A stretch of DNA of 64,000 nucleotides, from positions 3,534,001 to 3,598,000 of the forward strand of contig JAWMAR010000242.1 of the NCBI GenBank assembly GCA_036785375.1, given 5' to 3'. A program made the translations under genes and the position numbers. The stretch is from Leucoraja ocellata (lineage: Eukaryota). Each line of letters starts with the position of its first letter. Within the stretch, counting starts at the first letter, position 1. The notes under the pieces were generated by a model, which was not told where the DNA came from, made no database searches, and saw only the letters and a list, made by a program, of their open reading frames with translations. Below are positions 37,990-48,720 of the stretch, piece after piece.

Positions 37990-38579
37990 TATGGAAATGT
38001 TGAACACTTGACATCATAGCTATAAGGTGAGAGGGGGAAGGTGTGGGGTGAGGGGTGGGTATTTTGGGGTGGTGGTGGTCTGGAACTCATTGCCAGTGGT
38101 GGTGGTGGAAGCAGATACAATAGTGGTGTTTAGGAGGCTTTTAGATAGGCACAGAAGTGCAGGGAATAGAGGGACATGGATCACGTGTGTGCTGATGGGG
38201 CCCATTCCTGTGCTGTACTGTTCTATGTTCCATGCCCCATGTGATGGCAGTGTCTACGTAATGGCTCCTACATACCATGAAGCACAGATTAACAATCCGT
38301 TCAAAGCTTGCCAATGTGAGTTATATGATTGGCAAGTTGCAAGCAACTATCAATGTTTTCACATAATCTGCAATATAATCGATGGGAACAAGATGTCAAT
38401 ATCTGCACACAACTAGAAATAACAAATTAAATCCTCTGGAACTGCGGGGCAGCAGAATCACAAGCTCGCTGATGAAGTGCATTTTTGGGAAAGCTTTATC
38501 CCATGAGAATCGTGACATGGTGCAATATATTTTTTCAGGCCATGGTAATGTTCAACAAAGGGAGTCTCACTACTGATGG

Positions 38580-38857
38580 GACAGCACAGTGTTACAGGAG
38601 TAGAGATGCTGCCTTACAGTGCCAGAGACCCAGGTTCCATCCTGTACGGAGTTTGTATGTTCCCCCCGTGACAGGCGTGGAGCTTTGGTTTCCTCCCCCA
38701 CTCCAAGCACGTGCGGGTTTGTAGGTTAACTGGCTTGGTACAAATTGTAAATGATCCACAATATGTGTTAGTGTGCGGGCATTGCTGGTCGGCGCGGACT
38801 CGGTAGGCGAAAGGGCCTGTTTCCGCGCTGTATCTCTAAACTAAACCAAACTAAACT
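38580..38857 (+). mobile_element. HE1-like V-SINE
   Basis: V-domain and gggcctgtttccgcgctgtatctctaaactaaac tail. Confidence 0.85.
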
Positions 38858-39004
38858 GGACTATGACATTCAACAGCATTATGTTGGTTGAGACCCCTGC
38901 CATCTGTCTTGTGGAGATCATCAATGATTAGAAACTTAATCAGGTGTTAGATAGTTCATTAGCCAATAAATATTTCAGTTTGAAAGTAGATCAGAAATTA
39001 AATG

Positions 39005-39185
39005 TTTAAGAAGGAACTGCTGTTGCAGGAAAAACCAAAGGTGGACAAAAGTGCTGGAGAAACTCAACGGGTGAGGCAGCATCTATGGAGCGAAGGAATA
39101 GGTGACGTTTCGGGTCTCGTCGCCTATTCCTTCGCTCCATAGATGCTGCCTCACCAGCTGAGTTTCTCCAGCACTTTTGTCTACC
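39005..39185. mobile_element. Penelope-derived fold-back mini-element
   Basis: About 65-bp inverted arms. Perfect 14-bp TSD TCAGAAATTAAATG at 38991-39004 and 39186-39199. Confidence 0.92.
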
Positions 39186-39808
39186 TCAGAAATTAAATGA
39201 TCTGCAGTTCAAAATCGGACACCCAGGCACTTTCCAAGTTCTATCAGTCATATGTCAGGACGATGGGTTAACACCTTAACTTGGTTTGAGAAGATGGGTA
39301 TATGCTGAATGATTATTGATTGCTTTGTATTTAGGCTGGGGGAAAACACCACTACAATATCACAACAGAACACATTTACACACAGTGCGATGGCATTTTG
39401 ATACTTTTTGTTCGGAATACATCTGCTTGTGAAGCTATTATTTCAGTTTTACTATATTAATGGAACATGCTTTGTTTTCGCATTTAGATTCTACTTGCAT
39501 TAAATGTGTTCTGTATTCCTGCAGTATAATTCATCCTTTATATTCTTTTCATTGTATAGAGCAGCACAAGAAAGTGGACAATGACATTTTTGTAGATGTA
39601 AGGATTTTAATTGGGATTTTATAAAACTACTTGGAAGGTGGATGCTATAGATAGAATTCTGAGCTAATGCATGTGGTTGTAATGAAATTGAACATATATA
39701 TTACTTATAGTGTTGAATTATTAATTTTCATTCATTTAATTTCAAGGTTTCTGGCACCTAAAAAAAGAAATAGGTAATCAAGGATTAATCCATGTTAGTT
39801 TCATGTTA

Positions 39809-40087
39809 AGCCACTGTCCCACTTTCCCGAGTTACTCACAAATTCTCCTGAGTTTTGCCCTTGATTCAAACTCGGAGATGCCAGCCGTAGGTACTCGGGT
39901 CTATCTATTTTACTAGTGGCGATTTTTCAGCATGCTGAAAAAAACATCCTGACTTAACTCATGCCCCGAGTACCTACGGCTGGCATTACGAGCCACTATG
40001 AAACATCTACGGACATTCTCCGAGTTTGAATCAAGGGGAAAACTAGGGAGAATTTGTGAGTAACTCAGGAGAGTAGGACAGGGACCA
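39809..40087. mobile_element. Palindromic MITE, PIF/Harbinger-like
   Basis: Termini CTGTCCCACT.../...AGTAGGACAG with about 65-bp imperfect TIRs, an inner inverted pair atgccagccgtaggtactcggg / cccgagtacctacggctggcat, and a central palindrome tttttcagcatgctgaaaaa. Confidence 0.85.
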
Positions 40088-40504
40088 ACATGTTGGTGTT
40101 TTTACTTTCCATTTTGAGTCTCAAGCTTTGGAAATATTTAGACAAGAATTTTTTTTATTTTTTGCCAGATTAAGATGTCATCCATCCTTAAAGACTAAAG
40201 TCCTATTACTTAACTTTTTAGTTATTTAGACATATTTTTGGTAAACCTTTATTTGATTCAGAAAGAAGATAGACCAGAAAGGTCTTTTCTTGTCATGGTA
40301 CACTATGTGATGCACAATGTCATTTATGTCATAAGCTATAAAAATATGCCAGGGAATCTTTGAAGTTCCCTGTATCAATATGTAAGGAGAACAATAAATG
40401 GGTACAAAATAAATGGTAGTTTGACCTTATTTGTTCTTTTTTATTCTCAATGATATTTCAAGAGTTATCACTAGCTGGCAGAATTACTTATGTTATAAAA
40501 ATAC

Positions 40505-41560
40505 ATAAAGTGCAAGAGTAACTCAGTGGGGCAGGCAGCATCTCTGGAGACCATGGGTAGGTGATGTGTAGGAAGGAACTGCAGATGTTGGTTTACACCG
40601 AAGATGGACTCAAAATGCTGACGTAACTCAGCGGGACAGGCAGCATCTCTGGAGAGAAGGAATAGGTGATGTTTCGGGTGAAACACTTGTTCAGACTGAG
40701 TGTCAGGGGAGAGGGAGTCTAGAGGTATGGAAGGGCAAGGTGTGAAAATGACAGATCAAAGCAGACAATGTAGAATGGTTCATTGTTAGCTGAGGGGAAG
40801 GTGACAAGGAGGCAAACAATCAGTAAAATTAATCAGAAGGATTAAGCTGCCCAAACAAAATATGAGGTGCTGTTCCTCCAATTTGTGCTGGGCCTCACTC
40901 TGACAATGGAGGAGGCCCAGGACAGAAAGGTCAGTGTGGGAATGAGAGGAGGGTAAAGTATTTAACAACCGGAAGATCAGGCTGGTTTAGGCAGACTGAG
41001 CGGAGGTGTTCAGCGAAACGATCGCCGAGCCTGCGCTTGGTCTCACGGATATACAGGACTCTACACCTGGAACAGCAGATACAGTAGGTGAGGTTGGAGG
41101 AGGTGCAAGTGAACCTCAGCCTCACCTGAAAGGACTGTCGCGATCCTTTACGGATTTGAGGGATGGGGCATAGGGACAGGTGTTGCACCTCCTGGGGTGT
41201 ACCTGGGGAGGGCGTGGCTTGGGTGGGAAGGGACGAGGTAACCAGGAAGTTGTGGAAGGAACAGTCTCTGCGGAAACTGGAAAGGGGTGGAGATGGGAAG
41301 ATGTGACTAGTGGTGGGATCCTCATGGAGGTTGATGGGGTGATGGGGTGAAAAGTGAGGACAAAGGGGACTGTGTCCCTGGTGCAAATGGGTAGAGGGGG
41401 ATCAAGATGGATCTGCGGGATACCAAGGAGACCTATGTAAGGGCTTCATCTATGATGGGAGAAGGAAAGCCCTGTTCCCTAAAGAATGAGGACATCGTGG
41501 ATGTCCTGGTATGGAACACCTCATCTTGGGCACCGATGCGGCATAGATGGAGGAATGGGC
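40505..41560 (-). mobile_element. Penelope-like retroelement fragment (GIY-YIG region + pseudo-LTR)
   Basis: ORF 40931..41386(-): RFTCTSSNLTYCICCSRCRVLYIRETKRRLGDRFAEHLRSV. Confidence 0.9.
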
Positions 41561-41662
41561 AGTACGATAGGTGATGTTTTGGGTTGGAACCCTTCTTTTC
41601 ATCTGAAGATGGGTTCCAACCTGATACGTCACCTATTCATGTTCTCCAGAGTTGCTGCCTGA

Positions 41663-41856
41663 AGGGCCTGTCCCACTTGGGCGTCATTTACGTGTCACGC
41701 AGATGGCGCGCAAAGATTTTGTACATTCCAATATCCTGGGGCGCCGCTCGCGACCGCTTGTCACTGTCTACATCACCACGCACCATGCGCGTGTCGTGAC
41801 GCATAAACGATGTCGCGTAAACGACACACAAATGGCGCCCAAGTGCGACAGGCCCT
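41663..41856. mobile_element. PIF/Harbinger-like MITE (194 bp) inserted in a Penelope pLTR fragment
   Basis: TIRs AGGGCCTGTCCCACTTGGGCGTCATTT / AAATGGCGCCCAAGTGCGACAGGCCCT. 3-bp flanks TGA/TTA. The host sequence gctgcctga|ctcgctgagttactcc rejoins. Confidence 0.88.
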
Positions 41857-42029
41857 TTACTCGCTGAGTTACTCCAGCACTTTGTGTCCTTTTGTACAAA
41901 CCAGCATCTGCAGTTCGGGTAAGATTAATTATGCTAATATTCATGTACATGCACAGAAGAAAGTGGAAAAAATCCAACATGACATGATTGATTTCCTCTT
42001 TAAACATTCAGATGATGCCACTAATAATG

Positions 42030-42262
42030 AAGGTTACACTTTTTCTCACAGAGAATGGTGAGTCTGTGGAATTCTCTGTTTCGCAGGGCGGTGGAGGCTT
42101 TCAAGGGAGAGCTAGATAGGGCTCTTAAAAATAGCGGAGTCAGGGGATATGGGGAGAAGGCAGGAACGGGGTACTGATTGGGGATGATCAGCCATGATCA
42201 CATTGAATGGCGGTGCTGGCTCAAAGGTCCGAATGGTCTACTCCTGCACCTATTGTCTATTG
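42030..42262 (+). mobile_element. CR1/HER1 3' end fragment
   Basis: tctgtggaattctctg...gatgatcagccatgatc...ctcctgcacctattgtctat. Confidence 0.85.
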
Positions 42263-42511
42263 TTAAAGTTCTCAAGCACTGTCAAACAGTAAAAGGATAA
42301 TCAGGGGTAAAGGTTCAAACATTAATTTGGTTGATTCACATCAAGTGGTGAATAATAACAGGTCCATCCCAGTTTGGAGAGAGAATAATACTAACTTTCA
42401 ACTATTAAGTTTTAACTTAAGAATTTTACAGGGTTCAATTTGATTGCCCTGGTGACCTCTGTGGATATAATGGGAATTCCAGCTTCCAAAAGAAGTGTTT
42501 TATGGATCAGG

Positions 42512-42790
42512 TTTTTAGTTTCAGTTTTAGAGATACAGTACGGAAACAGGCCCTTCGGCCCACCTAGTCCACGCCGACCAGCGATCCCTGTACACTAGCA
42601 CTATCCTACACACTAGGGACAATTTACAATTTTTACAAAAGCCATTTTTACATAAACCTGTACATCTTTGGAGTGTGGGAGGAAACCGGAGCACCCAGAG
42701 AAAACCCACACAGTCACGGGGAGAATGTACAAACTCTGTACAGACAGCACAGGTAGCCAGGATGGAACTCGGGTATCTGGCGCTGTACGG
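42512..42790 (-). mobile_element. HE1-like V-SINE
   Basis: Tail, V-domain and partial head present. Confidence 0.85.
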
Positions 42791-44004
42791 CATCGACGTT
42801 AGCGCTGTGCCTACATGCCGTGCCATCCCTAATAATTGAAATATTGAAATATCGCTTTTTAATGATGAACTGAAATACAATGAGGAATGTACAGCTGTTC
42901 AGAAAGTTTTAATGGAAGCAAATGAGAAATAGTGGGCTGGATTTTCAGGGCTGGGGGGAGCCATCTACCTGGGTATTATTTATTCATTACTTAATAGAAC
43001 AATTCAATCGCTTTGACAAAAAAAAGAGTAAGAAAACGAGCAAGGAAAGGGATGACAAGAACAGAGGTGGTAAAACGGAAAGAAAATAAATAGCAGGGAC
43101 AAGAAAATGGCTGAGAATTTGATTAAAATAGTAAATATTATGATTCATGTCATGTGATAGGAGTAGAATCAGGCCATTCAACCCATCCACTACTCCGCCA
43201 TTCAATCATGGTTGATCTATCTTTCCCTCTCAACCCCATTCTCCTGCCTCCTCCCCATAACCCCTGACACCATCATGAATCTATCTAACTCTACCTTAAA
43301 ATTATCCATTGACTTGGCCTCCACAGCCTTCTGTGACAATGGATTCCACAGATTCACCACCCTCTGAATAAAGAAATTCCTCCCCATCTCCTTCTTAAAG
43401 GAACATCCTTTAATTCTGAGGCTGTGATCTCCAGTCCGAGTTCAAGGATTCAAATAAGGTAAAATAACGTGAGTTTGAGTAAAGTCCTCAATTATGATTT
43501 AACTCTGTTAGTTGTGAAAAAGTAATTAACCACTTTTACTAAAATTAAAAACGTAGAAGTACTGGAGACACTCGGCAGAGTTATCATTAGACTGGAACAT
43601 TCATTATATTTCATCATTTCCAGCTGCTATTTTCACATTCACATTTTATAATGCAAACACATGAATTGTGAGCAAGAATCGACCACTCAGTCCTTTACAA
43701 GACCATGGCTGATTTGATTGTAATCTCCACTCCACACAACATAATCTTTTGTTTTCTTCCTTATCAAGTGTCTATCTGGCTCAGCTTCAAACATAGAAAT
43801 GTGGCCACTTTGCTTCTGCTGCCCTTTGAAATAAAAAAGTTCCAAAGACTCACAGCCCTCGTACAAAATATTTTGCCTTATTTCATCACAAGCCAATCCC
43901 CCCCTCCATTCCAGAAATTAATGGAACAAACCTCCTCTGCAATGTTCCTATTGCGTATGCAACTTTCCTTAAATAAGGAGACCAATATGGTGTACAGTAT
44001 TCAT

Positions 44005-44620
44005 AGAGTGATAGATACAGCGTGGAAACAGGCCCTTCAGCCCAACTTGCCCAACATCTCAGCCACACTTTTGGCCCATATCCCTCCAAACCTGTCCTAT
44101 CCATGTACCTATCTAACTGGGGTGGAAGATTGTAACCTTCACGTGGTCCGCCCTGTTTCGCCGAATGCAATCAACCTGGCGGGCACAATCAAATAAGATC
44201 AAATAGAACAAGTTGTCCTACAACTTTAGGCTGTGCACGCCATACGCAAGAAGAAGAAGAAAACCTAACTGTTTCTTAAACGTTGGAATAGTCCCAGCCT
44301 CAACTACCTCCTCTGGCAGCTCGTTCCATACACCCACCACCCTTTGTGTGAAAATGTTACCCCTCAGATTCCTATTGAATCTTTTCCCCTTCAACTTAAA
44401 CCTATGTCCTCTGGTCCCCGATTTCCCTACTCTGGGCAAGAGACTCTGTGCATCTACCCGATCTATTCCTCTCATTATTTTATACACCTCTATAAGATCA
44501 CCCCTTATCCTCCTGCGTTCCAAGGATTAGTGGCCCAGCCTACTCAACCTCTCCCTGTAGCCCTGTAGTTCCCTCTCGTCCCAGCAACATCCTCATAAAT
44601 CCTCTCTGTACCCTTTCCGG
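44005..44620 (-). mobile_element. CR1 3' fragment with a nested short retroposon
   Basis: ORF 44218..44523(-): ERRRIRGDLIEVYKIMRGIDRVD...QRVVGVWNELPEEVVEAG. Confidence 0.88.
44120..44264 (+). mobile_element. Unclassified 145-bp retroposon with an (AAG)n tail
   Basis: Interrupts the CR1. CTAACTG duplicated at 44113-44119 and 44265-44271. Ends in caagaagaagaagaaaa. Confidence 0.75.
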
Positions 44621-44829
44621 CTAGTCTGGATGATCTTGACAATGTCCAATATAACCGAACCATAACCTCTATACTTATGTCTTCAACTCGCCCAGCATAG
44701 TTGATAATATTCTACCAATACACAATCACTTCTCCAAAGGCTGACTTCACTACATATAGGTGACAACAAGGTGAAACCTTCAAAAGGTAAAACACTGTAC
44801 AATGTTGTTGTTACCTTGTTGTTGCATTT

Positions 44830-45350
44830 GTGTAGCATCTTTTACATCCTTGATGGAATATTCTAAAACATTTTGCAGCCAGAAAAGTGTATGTTAAACA
44901 GGACAGTGTAAATAATGTATAGCCAGTTTGTACACAATAAGGTGCCATAAATAGCAATATGATAACAACAAGATAATCTGCTTTTCTGGTGTATCGGAAG
45001 GAACTGCAGATACTGGTTTACACTGAAGATAGACACTAAATGCTGGAGTAACTCAGCGGGACAAGCAGCATCTCTGGAGAGAAGGAATGGCCCCAAATGT
45101 CACACATTCCTTCTCTCCAGAAATATCCTGTCCTGCTGAGTCATTCCAGCATTTAGTGTCAATTTGCTTTTCTGATACTGACCAAGGTGTAAATATTGAC
45201 CAGGACACTGAGGATAGCTCACCTGGTCTTCATTCAAAAGTGCCACGGCAGCATCTTTCTCCATCCGAGAGCAGGTGAGGCCTTGCCTCAACATCTCATC
45301 TGAAAGATGGCATCACTGACACTGCAGCAGTCCCACACAACTGAACTCTT
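44830..45350 (-). mobile_element. DeuSINE (SacSINE1/AmnSINE1-like), interrupted by a fold-back element at about 44989-45164
   Basis: Minus strand ctgctgcagtgtcagtgatgccatctttcagatgagatgtt...gtggcacttt...gtgtcctggtcaatatttac...cagattatcttgttgttatcatattgctattt matches the recalled Deu domain. The insert is flanked by TGCTTTTCTG at 44979-44988 and 45165-45174. Confidence 0.75.
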
Positions 45351-45854
45351 AACTCCACTTTCTGAATAGGATTTGAAAGGCCTGACGTGGGAAAGTGAAT
45401 GCCACCAAACCCACGCAGGTCACGGGGAGAACGTACAAACTCCGTACAGACAGCGCCCGTAGCCAGGATCTAACCCGGGTCTTTGGCGTTGTGAGGAAGT
45501 TGCTCTACCGCTGCACCTCCGTGTCGACTTCTTTTCCACATTTCTATAAAGATCTGCATTTCTCAACAAGATTAACAGGTGCGTTCACCTGGTTGAGGGC
45601 ATCTTTTCAGAATATAAACATCTTGAATGCAAAGTGAGTATTACCTCCTCTGCCGAGTATAATGTTATTATAAAATGAAATGATAGAAAGTGCTAAACCA
45701 GGCTTCCCATATCCTGCATTAGCAGACCATATATTTATCATTACGTTACAGAACAGGCGGTTTAGCAGCAAAAGACACATAGTTTGAAACAAATTGTGTC
45801 AACCTCATTATCCATACTGATGGCGGCAACTTCATTATGCAGCATTATACTGAC

Positions 45855-45979
45855 CGTTGCCTGGTTGCTGTGTGGATGGTGAGAACTCTTTGGCAGTGAT
45901 CCTGGCAAGCTGGGCCTCATCCTGAGCTTTTTGAGCAGCTGTATCAGCCACATCCGATTTTGATTTGGCGTGAGATGTC
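45855..45979 (-). CDS. JPH3: Junctophilin-3, internal coding exon (exon 3 by human numbering), 125 nt
   Basis: Minus strand reads ctttccttacAG|G ACA TCT CAC GCC...GGC AAC G|GTcagt, i.e. (R)TSHAKSKSDVADTAAQKAQDEAQLARITAKEFSPSTQQPGN(G). This matches the recalled JPH3 alpha-helical region (RTSHSRAKAEAALTAAQKAQEEARIARITAKEFSPSF). It ends in phase 1, matching the next exon. Not present in the ORF track. Confidence 0.95.
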
Positions 45980-46225
45980 CTGTAAGGAAAGTGAAGAGTT
46001 ACAGATCTTTAACATCAATGACATACCCACTCACCAACGTGTCAAAATCAAAGCACTATTGTGACCAAGTCTACAACTTCCATTCCCCATTTGAATGGAA
46101 GATGAAGTTCATCTTGCTGATAAGTCACACCTTAGGTTGTCATTCCTATCTTTTCTATCCTAAACACAAAGGGAGTTTGGCCATTATGTTTTTGTAAGAA
46201 TAAACCCATTATTAGTTTACTTGTT

Positions 46226-46396
46226 TAAGAAGGAACTGCAGATGCTGGAAAATCGAAGGTAGATAAAAATGCTGGAGAAACTCAGCGGGTGAGGCAGCAT
46301 CTATGGAGCGAAGGAAATAGGCAACGTTTCGGGCCAGAAATGTTGCCTATTTCCTTCGCTCCATAGATGCTGCCTCACCCTCTGAATTTCTCCAGC
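46226..46396. mobile_element. Penelope-derived fold-back mini-element
   Basis: About 60-bp inverted arms. 15-bp direct repeat ATTAGTTTACTTGTT at 46211-46225 and 46397-46411. Confidence 0.9.
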
Positions 46397-46869
46397 ATTA
46401 GTTTACTTGTTCTAAAGAATAAAAGTTAGATTGCAAACAACTCTATCCTTTGTCACCAGTCCACCAATTTTGGATCCATATCTAATGTTTATCTTAATTA
46501 TCGGAACAAATATTTTCTGTGCTATAACCTCACACAAAATTATCAAAGGAAGGTTTGATTTTGTGTTTTTCTTATCTACATGTTTTTTACACTCATTGAA
46601 AGTTGAACTTGATTTTACAATAACAAAACTTTTCACCATTGACATTAAACAATCAAATCAAAAATTGTGAATATATACTAATAACAGGAAAAGCATATTT
46701 CCTAAATATGTCAGAACAGATGAACAACCCGTAGTTCAGACATAGAGCAAGGATACAAACTCTTCACCCATATTGTTGGCATCGTGCTCACCTATACTAA
46801 TCCCATTTTAGCTCTTGCACCCCCATTGACGTACCACCCATCTAGAAATGCAGCATTCTTATAAGAAAC

Positions 46870-48720
46870 TCGAGTCATAGTCATACAGCATGGAAACAGG
46901 CCATTCGGCCCAACTCATCCATGCTGACAAAGACGGCCTATCGAAGTTAGTCCCATTTGATTGCATCAGGCCAATATTTCTCTAAAACTATCCATGTCCC
47001 TGTCCAAATGTCTTTTAAATTTTGTTTAGTTAAGTTTAGAGATACTGCATGGAAACAGGCCCTTCAGCCCACTGACTCCACGCCGACCACCGATCACCAA
47101 TTCAAATGTTTTTATTGTACCTGCCTCAATACATCCTCTGGCAGCGCATTCCATATACCACCACCCTGCGTTCCATATACCACCACCCTGCGTTTGAAAA
47201 GGTTGCCCTCCCAGGTTCCTGTTAAATCTTCCCCCTTGTCTTATACCTACGCCCTCTAGTTCTTGATTCCCCTCCCTCACCCAATCCATTCACCCCATGG
47301 TTTTATACAAATATAATATCACCCCTCAGCCTCCTGCATTGCAAAGAATAAATACCGAGGCCCAACCTCTGCCTATTGTTCAGGCCCTCAAGTCCTGACA
47401 CCATGCTCATAAATCTTCTCTGTACTATATCCAGCTTTGTGCCATCTTTCCCACAGCAGGGTGACCAAAACTAAGCAGAATAGTTCACGTATGATCTCAC
47501 CAATGTCTGGAACAACAGTAGCATCATGTCCCAACTTCTTCACTCAAATCCCTGACGGATGAAGCATTGTAAGCCGAAACCCTTCTTCACGACCTATCTG
47601 TGTGCGATGCCTTCTTCAGGAACTATGCACTGAACTCTTAGATTCTACATCTCCCTACTCAACATTACCCAGAATCCTTCCATGCACAATGAAGGTTTGA
47701 CTTCCCAAAATTGGAGAAGCCCTGCTCTCATCAGCCTTCTTGGTTATTTCTTCAAATAACTCATCCAAATTTGTGAGATTCAATCTCCATTGCACAACCC
47801 CTATCTACCCACGTCTTTGCAAATGCATGTTTATCTTATCCCAGAATCTCAGAATCATCCCAGAATTGGCAGTGGAGGCCAATTCACTGGATGCTTTCAA
47901 GAGAGGTAGATTTAGCTCTTGGGGCTAACGGAATCAAGGGATGTGGGGAAAAAGCAGGAAACGGGGTACTGATTTTGGATGATCAGCCATGATTGATCAT
48001 ATTGAATGGCAGTGCTGGCTCGAAGGGCCGAATGGCCTACTCCTGCACCTATTTTCTATGTTTCTAATTAATTGGCTAAGACTTATCTGAATTAAACTCT
48101 GTTCGCCATTCGGCAGCCCACTTACCCAGCTGATCAAGATCCTACTGTCATTCTTGATAAACATCTTCACTACCTATGATACCACCTATTTTAGTGTCAT
48201 CTGCAGACTAACGAATCATGCCTTGTACATTCCCATCCAAGTTATTGGTAAAGATGACAAACAGCAATGGGCCCTTGTACCGATCCCTGAAGCACACACA
48301 CGTCACAGGCCTCCAGTCTTCTTAACAAAGGCCTTGCAAAAGTCCTTACAGATTATCTCTATGGCCCTGCCCTCATCAGCCTTCATCGTTACTTCATCAA
48401 AAACTCAATCAAATTTGTGAAACTCGATCTCCAATTCACAAAACCATGCTACTACCCACATCTTTCAAGGTGCATGTATATCTTATCCCTCAGAATCCTC
48501 TCCAGTAACTTTCCTACCACAGGTGTTAGGCTTACTGGTCTATTGTTCCAAGGTTTTTCTTTGCAGTCCTTCTTAAATAGAGGCACAACATTAGTAATCC
48601 TTCAGCCATCCAGCACCTCACATATATCGAACGATGATTCATGTATCTCAGCTAGGACTCCTGCAATCTCTTCTCTAGCTTCCCACAGTGTCCTTGGATA
48701 AATCTGATCAGGCCTGGGAT
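46870..48720 (-). mobile_element. Degenerate, fragmented CR1 LINE with nested short SINE/CR1-tail pieces
   Basis: Reverse-strand remnants of the RT and C-terminal region. Plus-strand CR1 tail at about 47855-48065. Confidence 0.75.

Larger units (their letters stand above)
33380..38230 (+). mobile_element. Old CR1 LINE ORF2 remnant hosting two nested insertions
   Basis: SPGPDGIYP...EDWRVANVV...NYRPVSL and VDLVYMDFGKTFD. The 3' part resumes at 36214-36366 and 37996-38230. Confidence 0.85.
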
